From a virus: a stretch of DNA of 64,000 nucleotides. The DNA lies in the IMG/VR virus record IMGVR_UViG_3300012928_003129, positions 12,182-76,181 of that record; one strand, written 5' to 3'. Positions within the stretch are counted from its first letter, which is position 1, and each line of letters starts with the position of its first letter. Below the pieces are notes generated by a model that made no database searches, was not told where the DNA came from, and saw nothing but the letters and a program-made list of their open reading frames with translations. Of this stretch, positions 18,557-29,221 are shown piece by piece. The position numbers and the translations under genes are program-made.

Positions 18557-19175
18557 CATGGGGTCTGTACATGTGGATGTAAGGAATGCTCATCACGATG
18601 AGGTCGATTTAGCATCCGGAATAAAGACGTCTTTATCTAAGATACCTAAACATTTATTAATCGGTGTCAAAAGTATAAAAGTTGGTGATTTTGAATATCT
18701 AAATAATAGAGATATTCAGGGTATGTACAAAGACGGAGAAATATTTTTAGCTAATAACCACAAGTCGACCGAGGACCTTGTAGACGATATTGTGCATGAA
18801 GTTGCTCACTCTGTTGAAGACAAATATTGGGATATAATATATTCTGATGGCTTGCTTGAACAGGAATTTTTAAATAAAAGAAAGCAACTGTGGCTTAAAA
18901 TAAAGAAAACAAATTTTAGCTTGCCTTTAGAAAAGATGTTGAATATTGAGTATGATAGAGAACTTGATAAAATGTTTTACATTAATATAGGGTATGACTT
19001 ACTGAGAACAATAACTTTTAATATATTTTATTCACCATATGCATCTACGTCCCTGAGAGAATATTTTGCAAATTCTTTCGAAGCTTTTTATATGAAAGAG
19101 CAGATACCCAGGTTAAAAAAAATAAGCCCAGTGGCATATGCCAAAAATGTCGATTTGTTAAATTTAGGAGAATAA
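18510..19175 (+). CDS. HExxH zinc metallopeptidase-like protein
   Basis: VHEVAHSVE...REYFANSFEAF. Confidence 0.65.
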   Translation: MTLKNYILEKKKTQFSMGSVHVDVRNAHHDEVDLASGIKTSLSKIPKHLLIGVKSIKVGDFEYLNNRDIQGMYKDGEIFLANNHKSTEDLVDDIVHEVAHSVEDKYWDIIYSDGLLEQEFLNKRKQLWLKIKKTNFSLPLEKMLNIEYDRELDKMFYINIGYDLLRTITFNIFYSPYASTSLREYFANSFEAFYMKEQIPRLKKISPVAYAKNVDLLNLGE

Positions 19176-19177
19176 GT

Positions 19178-19528
19178 ATGGAAATAGAAAATATTGTATA
19201 TGTTCAAAGCGTAGATATTGATAAAAATATTATCACCATAAAAGCAAGGATGGAGATTAAAAAATACGCCAAAGATAAAAAAATAGTTCTAACAACAAGA
19301 CACATAGTCGAAGCACTTGAGAAAGATTTCACTATAATAGAAAAACTAAAAGAATCTAAGATATCAAACTGGAACAAGGCAAACTGTGATTACACTAGAG
19401 ATGGCGTATGGCAATTCAAGGTAAAGAAAAAGACAAAAACAAAGAAAAAGGTTGAAAGTACTAGACCTAAAGCATCAATCCGTGGTAGAATGAGTAAGAT
19501 AGCAAAAGATAAAATAGGAAACTCATGA
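19178..19528 (+). CDS. hypothetical basic protein
   Basis: AGGAG SD; 116-aa ORF. Confidence 0.6.
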   Translation: MEIENIVYVQSVDIDKNIITIKARMEIKKYAKDKKIVLTTRHIVEALEKDFTIIEKLKESKISNWNKANCDYTRDGVWQFKVKKKTKTKKKVESTRPKASIRGRMSKIAKDKIGNS

Positions 19529-20310
19529 ACCAAGAAATAAAGAGAATAAGTTTTTCAGAATTAAAAAACTGGAAAGAATGCCCCTATAGACACAAGCTAA
19601 TATACGTTGACAAATTACCTCATTTTGAAGGAAATGAATACACCGCTTTTGGAACAGCAATTCATACTATGTGTGAACAAGTTATTCCAAGTAATTCAAC
19701 CACCGCGACCCAAGTATTTGAAGAAGCCTTTTCTAGAGAAATACAAATATTATCTGAAAATGGAAAACAACTTAATCAAGACTTGATAAGAGACATGGAA
19801 AGCCAAGCAACACAGATATGTGAGCAGGTTTTGCCGGCTGTTAAGCAACATTTTGGGATATTTGAGGTAGTTTCAGTAGAGGAGCAGATTTTAGAGCCAA
19901 TTAGAGAATTCGATTCATATGGAACTAGCTTTAAAGGTTTTATAGATATGGTAATAAAGACACCAGACGAAAAATACCATATCATTGACTGGAAGACTTG
20001 CTCGTGGGGTTGGTCGAGAGATAAAAAATCTGATCCTTTAACAAATTACCAGTTAACCTATTATAAAAATTATTTCTCAAAAAAGCACAATATTGACCCA
20101 AAAAAGATAGAAACTTATTTTGTACTACTTAAGAGAACAGCAAAGAAGGACAATGTAGAGGTTTTTAGAGTAACGTCTGGACAAAAAAAGACAGAGAACT
20201 CCTTAAAAGTTTTACAAAATGCTGTTATAAACATAGAGAAAGGTATCCATATAAAAAATCGCCTTAATTGCAAATATTGCAAATTTTACAAAACAGAGTA
20301 TTGCCCATGA
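19525..20310 (+). CDS. PD-(D/E)XK nuclease, RecB/AddB/Cas4-like
   Basis: SFS..ECP, FGTAIH, KGFID, IIDWKT, QLTYY, CKYCKF..YCP. Confidence 0.88.
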   Translation: MNQEIKRISFSELKNWKECPYRHKLIYVDKLPHFEGNEYTAFGTAIHTMCEQVIPSNSTTATQVFEEAFSREIQILSENGKQLNQDLIRDMESQATQICEQVLPAVKQHFGIFEVVSVEEQILEPIREFDSYGTSFKGFIDMVIKTPDEKYHIIDWKTCSWGWSRDKKSDPLTNYQLTYYKNYFSKKHNIDPKKIETYFVLLKRTAKKDNVEVFRVTSGQKKTENSLKVLQNAVINIEKGIHIKNRLNCKYCKFYKTEYCP

Positions 20311-21563
20311 CAGAAAAGAAAAAGATATTAGTAATTGCAGATTCACCTCTAGTGCCATCTGGCGTAGGAACACAGACCAAGTATATGATTGAAGCCATGT
20401 TGAGAACAGGAGAATTTAAATTTTTCTGTTTAGCCGGAGCTATTCGACATCAAGACTACAGACTTCAGAAAGTTGGCGACTGGGGAGAGGATTGGTTAAT
20501 ACAGCCAGTTGATGGATATGGCAATGAACAAATCGTAAGACAAATAATCCAAGATTATAAGCCAGACATTCTTTGGTTTATGACTGATCCACGTTTTTAT
20601 GTTTGGTTGTGGGACATGTCATCAGAGATAAGAAAGCAAGTACCATTGGTTTATTATCATGTTTGGGACAATTATCCACCTCCTTTTTACAATAAAAAAT
20701 ACTATGATTCAAATGATATGGTTTGTACAATCAGTAAAGTAACTGACGATATAGTCAAGATAGTATCTCCACAGGTCAATAGAGTCAGAATTCCACATAC
20801 AGTTGACACTAATATTTTTAGCAAAAAAGATGAGGCCTCTAATAATTTATTTAGAGAAAAGATCACAGACAACCATGAAGACAAAGTGATATTTTTTTGG
20901 AATAATAGAAATGCAAGAAGAAAGCAGTCTGGATCATTAATTTTTTGGTTCAAAACATTTCTTGACAAGATTGGTCACGATAAGGCAGTGCTAATTATGC
21001 ATACAGAGCCAAAAGACCCCAACGGCCAAGACTTGATTGCTATCATGGATAATCTAGGTCTTGTTGATGGTCAAGTTCTAATTTCAACTCAAAAAATGCC
21101 ACCTGAAGATCTGGCTTCTGTTTATAGTGCGGCAGATTGTACAATAAACATATCAGATGCAGAAGGTTTCGGTTTGGCTACATTAGAATCACTAGCTGCT
21201 GAGACTCCAATCATTGTAAATATGACCGGAGGACTACAAGAGCAGGTAACGAACGGCGATCAATGGTTTGGTATAGGTATTGAACCCACTTCAAAAGCAA
21301 TTATTGGTTCACAAGATGTTCCATATATCTATGAAGATAGAACCAGCGAAGAAAGGGTAGTTGACGCCTTAATGAAGGTTTATAACATGACAAAGGAAGA
21401 AAGGGCACAGATGGGTAAAGCAGGCCGCCAACATGTATTAGATAATTATGGTTTCTCTCAGTATTCGGGAATGTGGTACCAAGCATTGAACAAGGTCATT
21501 GAAGATTGTGGTTCTTGGGAAAATAGAAAAAACTATAAACACTGGAGTGTTGAGGAATTATAA
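20307..21563 (+). CDS. glycosyltransferase, GT4/GT-B
   Basis: NRNARRK, EGFGLATLE (EX7E); start ATG 20307 by ATGA overlap. Confidence 0.9.
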   Translation: MTEKKKILVIADSPLVPSGVGTQTKYMIEAMLRTGEFKFFCLAGAIRHQDYRLQKVGDWGEDWLIQPVDGYGNEQIVRQIIQDYKPDILWFMTDPRFYVWLWDMSSEIRKQVPLVYYHVWDNYPPPFYNKKYYDSNDMVCTISKVTDDIVKIVSPQVNRVRIPHTVDTNIFSKKDEASNNLFREKITDNHEDKVIFFWNNRNARRKQSGSLIFWFKTFLDKIGHDKAVLIMHTEPKDPNGQDLIAIMDNLGLVDGQVLISTQKMPPEDLASVYSAADCTINISDAEGFGLATLESLAAETPIIVNMTGGLQEQVTNGDQWFGIGIEPTSKAIIGSQDVPYIYEDRTSEERVVDALMKVYNMTKEERAQMGKAGRQHVLDNYGFSQYSGMWYQALNKVIEDCGSWENRKNYKHWSVEEL

Positions 21564-22828
21564 TGAAAATATTATTAGAGTCACCAATTTTTACTCAATC
21601 TGGGTACGGAGAACATTCTAGATTGGTTTATCGGGCCCTTAAATTGCAAGACGGAGTTGATATATATGTGAACCCATTAAATTGGGGGACAACCTCTTGG
21701 GCATCTTCGTTGTCTTCAAGCGAAAAAGAAGAGATCGTCGAGAATATTAAAAAGTTAGGACAGTATACACAATCCTGCAAAGAGCAAAACACGAATCTAT
21801 CATTTGATGTTCAAATCCATGTAGGTATTCCCTCTGAGTTTGAAAAAAAAGCACCATATTCAATTTGTGTAACCGCCGGTATAGAAACAGACAGGGTCAG
21901 CGCGGAATGGCTCTTTAGAACCCACAAGGGCATAGATAAGTTGATTGTACCATCGCAGCACGCAAAGAACGGATTCGAGAAAACATCATATGAAGTCCAG
22001 AATAATGTAACTCAACAGAAGACAATACTTGAATGTGCAAGTAAGGTAGAAGTGGTCCCCTATCCAGTAAAGGAGATTGAGACAGTACCATTAGACTTCA
22101 AAACCACGACAGATTTTAATTTCCTTGCAGTTGCTCTACTGGGCCCAAGAAAAAACATAGAAAATACCATAAAATGGTTTTGTGAAGAATTCAAAGATGA
22201 AAATGTCGGATTAATAATCAAGACTGGATTTTCAAAAGGTGGTCCGATAGACAAAGAAAAAACAGTAGAACACTTAATGAAGACAGTGCCAAATTCATCT
22301 GAAAGAAAATGTAAGGTTTATCTACTTCATGGAGATTTAGAGGAAGCAGAGATACATTCTTTATATAATAGAGAAGACGTCGGAGCTTTTATAACAGCAA
22401 CACACGGAGAAGGCTATGGTTTGCCGGTTTTCGAGGCAGCATACCATGGTTTACCTATAGTAGCCACTGATTGGTCTGCACATGTCGAATTCCTCTCAGC
22501 AGAATATAAAGAAGGTGGCAAGATCAAAAACAAAAAATTATTTGCAAAAGTAGATTATGACTTAAAACCAATTCCGAGAGAGGTCGTGTGGAAAGATATT
22601 TTAATTGAAGGATCCCAGTGGTCTTACCCAAAAGAGAAGTTATTTAAAAAGCAATTAAGAAACGTTTATAGAGATAACGGTATGTATAAAAAGTGGGCTA
22701 AAGTCTTGCAGGAAAGCATTAAAGAAAACTATAAGCAAGACAAGGTTTTAGATCATATGAATAAAACAATTTTTGAACATATCGGAAATATCTCCAGTTC
22801 AGAGGACATCGATGTCGTCGTTCTATAG
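21563..22828 (+). CDS. glycosyltransferase, GT4/GT-B
   Basis: SGYG, PRKN, EGYGLPVFEA. Confidence 0.9.
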   Translation: MKILLESPIFTQSGYGEHSRLVYRALKLQDGVDIYVNPLNWGTTSWASSLSSSEKEEIVENIKKLGQYTQSCKEQNTNLSFDVQIHVGIPSEFEKKAPYSICVTAGIETDRVSAEWLFRTHKGIDKLIVPSQHAKNGFEKTSYEVQNNVTQQKTILECASKVEVVPYPVKEIETVPLDFKTTTDFNFLAVALLGPRKNIENTIKWFCEEFKDENVGLIIKTGFSKGGPIDKEKTVEHLMKTVPNSSERKCKVYLLHGDLEEAEIHSLYNREDVGAFITATHGEGYGLPVFEAAYHGLPIVATDWSAHVEFLSAEYKEGGKIKNKKLFAKVDYDLKPIPREVVWKDILIEGSQWSYPKEKLFKKQLRNVYRDNGMYKKWAKVLQESIKENYKQDKVLDHMNKTIFEHIGNISSSEDIDVVVL

Positions 22829-23867
22829 GTGCAGTTTTTTTCAAGAACCACAAATCAAAGATTATGAATCTTTTAATGTGTCACAAGAGCAAATAGTCTT
22901 TCAAAGAATGTCTGATTCTGAATCAAGCAAAGCTATTTTTGAAAAACATGAAACAAACTATGCTTGTAGTTTTTTAAAATCTGAAAACTTTGACGAAAAC
23001 TTACCAGCAGTATTAATACCTATAAGAGATAACCACGAATTACTTTCATATACTTTGGCTAATCTTGAGTCGTGTAACATACACAAACACTCAAACATAT
23101 TAGTTGTAGATGACCGGTCAAAAGAAAACATTAAAGACATTTGTCTAAAACACCAAGTCAGTTATCTTAGGGTAGACACAGAATCTGGTTTTAACTTTTC
23201 AATGTTAAATAATATACCAGCTAAAATATGCAGTGATCTAGGCCTGACAACAATTATTATGTGGAATTCAGATTTGTGGTGCGAGAGCGAAGAATTTTTT
23301 TTGGAGCTTCTATACAGGCACCATAGCCATGGCTCTAAAGTGTCAGGTTCTAAGTTACTTTACCCTCCTTTATCAAAAAGCATGAATAAAGAGCAAGATT
23401 CTGAAAACATAAAAAACCACTTCCCTTCTCTTTTAGGCGGCCACTGGAGAGGTACAGTGCAATTTGGAGGAGATTATTGGATTCATAACCCAGGAAATTC
23501 TTTTGTTAAATATTCTCCGATTCATCACAAAAGGTTTACAAATAAGGATAATCCTTTAGTTAATTGCGATAGGGGAAGTATATGTCTGACCGGGGCTTTG
23601 CATGTTTGGGATTTAGAATATTTTATATCTTTAGGTGGTTTTAATCCGAGCCTCCCTAAAATATTTCAAGATAACGATATTTGTCTTAGAGTCATAGAGC
23701 AAGGTGGTTCAGTGTGGTATTTTGGTAGAGATTTGCATTTTTACCATGATGAATCACTAACTAAATTTACTTTAAAAGACCACAGTAAAAATGACAAACA
23801 AAACTTTAGCGATAACTTGCTTTTTGGTAAAATATGGAATGAAAAGATAGAGAGAGTGATATTATGA
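22812..23867 (+). CDS. glycosyltransferase, GT2/GT-A
   Basis: VLIPIRD, VVDDRS, FNFS..NN, NSD, GGF, QDNDIC, HDES. Confidence 0.85.
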   Translation: MSSFYRCSFFQEPQIKDYESFNVSQEQIVFQRMSDSESSKAIFEKHETNYACSFLKSENFDENLPAVLIPIRDNHELLSYTLANLESCNIHKHSNILVVDDRSKENIKDICLKHQVSYLRVDTESGFNFSMLNNIPAKICSDLGLTTIIMWNSDLWCESEEFFLELLYRHHSHGSKVSGSKLLYPPLSKSMNKEQDSENIKNHFPSLLGGHWRGTVQFGGDYWIHNPGNSFVKYSPIHHKRFTNKDNPLVNCDRGSICLTGALHVWDLEYFISLGGFNPSLPKIFQDNDICLRVIEQGGSVWYFGRDLHFYHDESLTKFTLKDHSKNDKQNFSDNLLFGKIWNEKIERVIL

Positions 23868-24400
23868 AAGAACCAATATTAATCGAGGGTCTGAGAATTT
23901 TTGAAGATAATAGAGGCTGTTTTTTTGAATCTTATAAGCAATCTGTATTTCAAGAGACTTATGGGATTAGTAAAGAATTTGTACAAGATAATCATTCATA
24001 TTCTGTAAAAAATACAATAAGAGGTTTACATTATCAGTGGGACGGCCCAATGGGCAAATTAGTCAGAGCAGCATCTGGCACGGTAAAGGATGTAATAGTC
24101 GATATAAGAAAAGAATCTAATAATTATGGCAAGAGTTATTCATATATATTGAGCGCTGATAATAATAATCAATTATATGTGCCCCCTGGGTTTGCACACG
24201 GCTTTGTGTGTCTTTCTGAAGAGGCTGTTGTTTTGTATAAGTGCACAGAGGAATATAACAACTTGGGCGAATCCGGTATAAACCCTTTCGATAAAGATTT
24301 AAGAATAGATTGGGGTATCAAAAGAGAGAAAGCCGTAATATCAGAGAAAGATGCATCCGCTCAAACGTTTCTAGAATATTCACAGTTACCAAGGTTTTGA
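23864..24400 (+). CDS. rmlC: dTDP-4-dehydrorhamnose 3,5-epimerase
   Basis: DNRGCFFE, QDNHS, RGLHYQ, VDIRK, PGFAHGF, YKC. Confidence 0.95.
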   Translation: MKEPILIEGLRIFEDNRGCFFESYKQSVFQETYGISKEFVQDNHSYSVKNTIRGLHYQWDGPMGKLVRAASGTVKDVIVDIRKESNNYGKSYSYILSADNNNQLYVPPGFAHGFVCLSEEAVVLYKCTEEYNNLGESGINPFDKDLRIDWGIKREKAVISEKDASAQTFLEYSQLPRF

Positions 24401-24409
24401 GGTTAGTCT

Positions 24410-25057
24410 ATGAAGAAGCTTGAATTAATAAACGTATTTCAGTATTCTACTGAGAAATATCCCTTTAGGGAATGTGTACAAGACATAATAAAACAAGATG
24501 ACTTAGAAAATTTGCACAAAAATTTTGATTTTTATCTTTTGGAAAGAGAAAAAGATCAAACAACAAGTTTTCATAAAAGTTTTTATTCAAATTACAAAGG
24601 TAGTAAATTTGAAAGCATGTATGAGGCGTTTATTAAAGAATATGTAACAGACTTATTAGAGACCAGTGTAATTAACCAGGCAAAACCAACTTTTAGAGTT
24701 CACATGCATGACAATTTGGGTGTGGGAGAGTTTCACAAAGACAGCGATTATGATCATCCGATTGAAGAAATTAATTTTCTTATTCCTGTTACAGAAGCAA
24801 AACAAAACTCAACAATATGGATAGAATCTGCCCCGGATAAAAATGATTTTTCGCCTATTGATTTGAATTATGGAGACTGTATGATCTTCCGCGGCGGCCT
24901 CTTAAAGCATGGAAATAAAATAAACAATACTGGTCAAACACGAGTATCGTTTGATTTTAGAGTTATACCCATGGACCACTTTAAGCCCTCGACAGCTGGG
25001 TCCATAAATACTGGCTTGAAATTTGAGATAGGCGAATATTATAATTTTTTAAAATAA
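24410..25057 (+). CDS. Fe(II)/2OG dioxygenase-like protein (StrG-like)
   Basis: FHKD...HGN...TRVSFDFR (HxD..H..RxS). Confidence 0.7.
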   Translation: MKKLELINVFQYSTEKYPFRECVQDIIKQDDLENLHKNFDFYLLEREKDQTTSFHKSFYSNYKGSKFESMYEAFIKEYVTDLLETSVINQAKPTFRVHMHDNLGVGEFHKDSDYDHPIEEINFLIPVTEAKQNSTIWIESAPDKNDFSPIDLNYGDCMIFRGGLLKHGNKINNTGQTRVSFDFRVIPMDHFKPSTAGSINTGLKFEIGEYYNFLK

Positions 25058-25072
25058 TTTGGAGTTTTAGAT

Positions 25073-25975
25073 ATGAGTAGTGTAAAAAAGATTATTGTTA
25101 CTGGCGGCCGAGGATTCATCGGTAGCCATTTTGTTGAGAAAGCATTAGAAAGAGGAATGATTGTTTATGACATAGATAAAATGACATATGCCTCCAATCC
25201 AGAATTACCTTGGGATAATCACAGAAACTATACACTTATTAAAAAAGATATAAGTGAAATTAATTATTTACCACCGTGTGATGTTATAGTTAATTTTGCA
25301 GCAGAAAGTCACGTTGATAATTCAATTAGAATATCTGATGTGTTTGTGAAGAGTAATATTATAGGAGTGCATAATCTTTTAGAATTGATCAGAAACAAGC
25401 CTTCTTATGAACGTCCTCTATTTTTTCAAATAAGCACTGATGAAGTTTACGGTGATTTGCTAAAGGGCCACTTTGTCGAAGAAGATAAGTTGACACCTTC
25501 TAATCCATACTCCGCAACTAAGGCCGCTGCAGAAATGCTTCTGTTATCATATCATCGCACTTACGGTATAGACTATATTATAACCAGAAGCGGAAATAAC
25601 TATGGTGAGAGGCAGTTTGAAGAGAAACTAATACCAAAGTGTATATCTTCTATAAAAGAAGGAAAGAAGATACCAGTTCACGGTGATGGATCTTATGTCA
25701 GAGATTGGACATATGTAGAAGATAATGTTGATGGCTTGTTTGATATTATTGATGCCGGAATTAAAAATGAGACTTTTAATATTGCTGCGGAAAATTATCT
25801 CACAAATCTTGAAGTTGTTAATACAATAATTGACTGGCTTGGTCAAGGAGAGTATTCCTTCGTAGAGAATAGAAAGGGTCAAGATCTTAGATATGCAGCT
25901 AGTGCTGAGAAAGTAAAGAACATTGGCTGGAAACCAAAGCACATCAAGGGATTATATAAATGGAAAGAGTTTTAA
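25073..25975 (+). CDS. rmlB: dTDP-glucose 4,6-dehydratase
   Basis: TGGRGFIG, FAAESHVDNS, STDEVYG, YSATK, NNYG, RDW. Confidence 0.95.
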   Translation: MSSVKKIIVTGGRGFIGSHFVEKALERGMIVYDIDKMTYASNPELPWDNHRNYTLIKKDISEINYLPPCDVIVNFAAESHVDNSIRISDVFVKSNIIGVHNLLELIRNKPSYERPLFFQISTDEVYGDLLKGHFVEEDKLTPSNPYSATKAAAEMLLLSYHRTYGIDYIITRSGNNYGERQFEEKLIPKCISSIKEGKKIPVHGDGSYVRDWTYVEDNVDGLFDIIDAGIKNETFNIAAENYLTNLEVVNTIIDWLGQGEYSFVENRKGQDLRYAASAEKVKNIGWKPKHIKGLYKWKEF

Positions 25976-26661
25976 TAACTGGGGCCACTGGCCTATTGGG
26001 TAAAAACATATTATCAATTATCGATAAAAGCAAGTATGAGGTCCTATCTCCATCATCCCTTCAGATGAATATCAAAGATATACAAAGTATAAAACAATAC
26101 TTCAACGAGCGCAAAATAAACATATGTATTCACAGTGCTGCCCTAACTAATGTTGGTGATATAGAAAAAGACATTAAAATTACCCAAGAAGCAATTTATA
26201 CTAACACTGTCGGAACAGCAAATATATTGATGTGTTGTATGGAGAGTGGCACAAAAATGGTTTATATTTCAACTGATCACGTCTTTGACGGTAAAAAGGG
26301 GAATTACACAGAGAAAGATAAGATTAATCCTCTGAGCAAATACGCAAAAACAAAAGCAGCAGGAGAACTTTTAGTGCGTACATATCATAATAGCTTAGTA
26401 ATTCGCACGTCATTTTTTGGAGAGAAATTTCCATATGAAAAAGCATTTACAGACCAGTGGAGTAGTAAAGACTATATTGATGTAATGGCTCCTAAAATTT
26501 TACAAACCTGCCTTTCAACATCGGTTGGGATTGAGCATGTTTATTCAAAAAGGCGAACACTACATGAAATAGCGACCTACAGAGGAGATAAAGTAGAAAA
26601 GATTAAAATGGCTGATCTGGGAAGCGCCATTCCAAGACCGATAGATACAAGTTTGAATTAA
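25960..26661 (+). CDS. rmlD: dTDP-4-dehydrorhamnose reductase-like
   Basis: TGATGLLG, STDHVFDG, YAKTK. Confidence 0.85.
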   Translation: MERVLITGATGLLGKNILSIIDKSKYEVLSPSSLQMNIKDIQSIKQYFNERKINICIHSAALTNVGDIEKDIKITQEAIYTNTVGTANILMCCMESGTKMVYISTDHVFDGKKGNYTEKDKINPLSKYAKTKAAGELLVRTYHNSLVIRTSFFGEKFPYEKAFTDQWSSKDYIDVMAPKILQTCLSTSVGIEHVYSKRRTLHEIATYRGDKVEKIKMADLGSAIPRPIDTSLN

Positions 26662-26671
26662 GGAAATTAAT

Positions 26672-27766
26672 ATGAAAAATATATCACTTTTTAAGGTGCA
26701 TACACCACCGAACATAGGGGAAACATTACAGGAAGTTTTTGACTCCGGAATGATAACAGAAGGTACGTATTCCGATAAGTTTGAAAAAATGTTTGGAGAA
26801 TATGTCAGTAATGATAATTGTTCTCTTTTGAACAGTTGTACTTCAGCATTAACGCTAGCATATCATATGGCTGGTGTAGGGCCTGGTGATGAAGTTATTT
26901 CAACACCAATGACATGCATGGCAACAAACGAGCCAATAGATACATTGGGAGCAAAGATTGTCTGGGCAGACATCGACCCTAGTACGGGAAACATTGATCC
27001 TGAAAGTATAAAGAAAAGTATAACCAGCAAAACTAAGGCAATTGTCGGTGTACACTGGGCTGGCCAGCCGTTTGAAATAGAGGAGATAAATTCAATAGCT
27101 TCAGAACATGGTATAAAGGTGATAGAAGACGCAGCACATGCAACAGGAGCCACTTTTAAAGGTGCCCCAATTGGATCACACAGTGATTATGTTTGCTTCT
27201 CGTTCCAGGCAATCAAACACTTAACCACAGTCGATGGAGGCGCACTTTGTTCCAAAAGCAAAGAAGAGGACTTGCGTATAAAGAAATTGAGATGGTTTGG
27301 TTTAGACAGAAAATTTAAGGGAAGCAAGTGGAGCCAAGATATAACTGAATCTGGGTTTAAGTTTCATATGAACAATGTAAATGCTTCAATCGGAATTAAA
27401 CAAATGAGTTACATTGAAGGTATTATTAATGGTCACAAAGAAAACCACAGATTTTATCAAGATAATATCACTAATCCCAAGATTACAAAAATGAGGGAAA
27501 ATGATTATTCAGAATCCTCCTGTTGGATCTATACAGTGCTTGCCGAAGACAGAGAAGGGCTGCAAAAGTACCTATCAGAAAAGGGGATAGCTTCAGACCC
27601 AGTTCATGTTAGAAATGATAACTATTCCGTATTTAAGGAATTTTTTCCAAAGAAGCCTTTAGTGGGAGCAGACGAATTTTGTAGCAAGCACTTAAATATA
27701 CCAGTGGGCTGGTGGGTCTCCAAGGAAGACAGAGAATATATTGTAGAGGCTATAAATGGGTACTAA
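26672..27766 (+). CDS. DegT/DnrJ/EryC1/StrS sugar aminotransferase
   Basis: NSCTSAL, IEDAAHA, SFQAIKHLTTVDGG. Confidence 0.93.
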   Translation: MKNISLFKVHTPPNIGETLQEVFDSGMITEGTYSDKFEKMFGEYVSNDNCSLLNSCTSALTLAYHMAGVGPGDEVISTPMTCMATNEPIDTLGAKIVWADIDPSTGNIDPESIKKSITSKTKAIVGVHWAGQPFEIEEINSIASEHGIKVIEDAAHATGATFKGAPIGSHSDYVCFSFQAIKHLTTVDGGALCSKSKEEDLRIKKLRWFGLDRKFKGSKWSQDITESGFKFHMNNVNASIGIKQMSYIEGIINGHKENHRFYQDNITNPKITKMRENDYSESSCWIYTVLAEDREGLQKYLSEKGIASDPVHVRNDNYSVFKEFFPKKPLVGADEFCSKHLNIPVGWWVSKEDREYIVEAINGY

Positions 27767-28538
27767 AGCTAGGTCATGTAGAGTAATTGTTAGTTGTTTT
27801 CGCTATGGGAGGTCTGCCAGGAACAATTCGCCACCAACACCTGAATCGGGAGTTAGGTTCTTACAAAGAATAATAAAAGCAGAATTAGATATCAAAACTG
27901 AAGAAAAGTATGATCTTATAATAGTGAATCATGATACTGGATATATCCCCGGGAACCAATATATAGAAGCTTTAAACGGCGAATCTCTAGGGGAAAACAA
28001 AGGAACCATAAGAACAATAACAGTACCCAATCGAGGAGCCAGTTTTGGGGGTTATAGTACCGCCTTTAAGATGTTTGCTCCGGATTACGAATATTGGATT
28101 TTTTCTGAGGATGATCATATTCTATATCAAGACAATTACTATGATCACTTTATAAAAGAGTACGAAGAATACAAAGACAATAACATTGGTTTTTTGGCAT
28201 TTGCTCCGATTGCAACTCACGATCAGCACACCCCAAAGCACTCAGGAGGGGGATTTGGTCTGTGCAAAAAAGAAGACCTTGCAAAAATCTTAGACATTTA
28301 TAATGGAAGAGACCTGTCTTGTTTATCAAGTAGAGGAATTATCAGTGCAGCAGAGGTGTTTTTTACGCATGATTTTATTACAATCGGAAAAGAAATATTG
28401 CCGCAACTTACATATTCTTGCTACCCAGTAAATCATCACAAATGCGCAGATCATACAATACATAGAAATTTAAGAAAACTCGAAGATAATGAAAATTACT
28501 TCTTTCAGGTAGGTATAGGAGATGGAGAAGAATGGTAG
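27756..28538 (+). CDS. putative GT-A-like glycosyltransferase
   Basis: LIIVNHD, NRGASFGGY, FSEDD; cluster context. Confidence 0.5.
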   Translation: MGTKARSCRVIVSCFRYGRSARNNSPPTPESGVRFLQRIIKAELDIKTEEKYDLIIVNHDTGYIPGNQYIEALNGESLGENKGTIRTITVPNRGASFGGYSTAFKMFAPDYEYWIFSEDDHILYQDNYYDHFIKEYEEYKDNNIGFLAFAPIATHDQHTPKHSGGGFGLCKKEDLAKILDIYNGRDLSCLSSRGIISAAEVFFTHDFITIGKEILPQLTYSCYPVNHHKCADHTIHRNLRKLEDNENYFFQVGIGDGEEW

Positions 28539-29218
28539 AGAATAGTGACATTTGGAAAGAATTTTGGGAAGAGAGTAAATGCAAGCCTATTTGTGCAATT
28601 CCTCCAAAAGAAGCTTATGGTGGCACTAATATTGAACCCCTTGCCTCAATAGGTATGGCTCATTTTTTGGACCCTCTCAGGGCTCAATTTAAAGAAAATA
28701 TTAAAATCTTAGATTATGGCGGAGGAGCAGGAATTTTAGGTAACTTTATTAGTGAAAGATTACAAAAATTTCAGTATTTTTGCCTAGAACCAAAAGGTGA
28801 ACATGGAGAATCAAGAATAGAACTTGGTAAAAATTTGTTTAAAGATTCTCGTGTGTTTTTTGGGCTTATAGAAGAAGATTTAGAATACTGTTTTTCGAAA
28901 AGTGTAGATGCAATAATATTGATATCTGTTTTCACACACTTGGAAAAGCAAGATATTGAACAGTCATTGGATAGGTTACATAAAGTTTTTGATTTTAACC
29001 CTGACTGTCAAATTGTTTTTTCTTGTTTTTTGGGCCCGGATTATGCTCTGCAGTTTCCTGAGCCTCACATTTGGGAAAGATTTTATGGAAAAGTTATTTT
29101 AGAAGAAGAATATTTAGAAAATATATGCAAAGAAAAGGGATTCAATATACAGAAGTGCAGCCCATTTATTGCTATGGGCGGTCATCGACACGAAATATTT
29201 AAATTAACAAAGGGATAA
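28532..29218 (+). CDS. class I SAM-dependent methyltransferase
   Basis: ILDYGGGAG, SVFTHL. Confidence 0.85.
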   Translation: MVENSDIWKEFWEESKCKPICAIPPKEAYGGTNIEPLASIGMAHFLDPLRAQFKENIKILDYGGGAGILGNFISERLQKFQYFCLEPKGEHGESRIELGKNLFKDSRVFFGLIEEDLEYCFSKSVDAIILISVFTHLEKQDIEQSLDRLHKVFDFNPDCQIVFSCFLGPDYALQFPEPHIWERFYGKVILEEEYLENICKEKGFNIQKCSPFIAMGGHRHEIFKLTKG

Positions 29219-29221
29219 AAA

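Noticed and set aside
19525-20310. Cas4/CRISPR system
   Set aside because: No repeat-spacer array or other cas genes seen; solo nucleases of this family are common in phages
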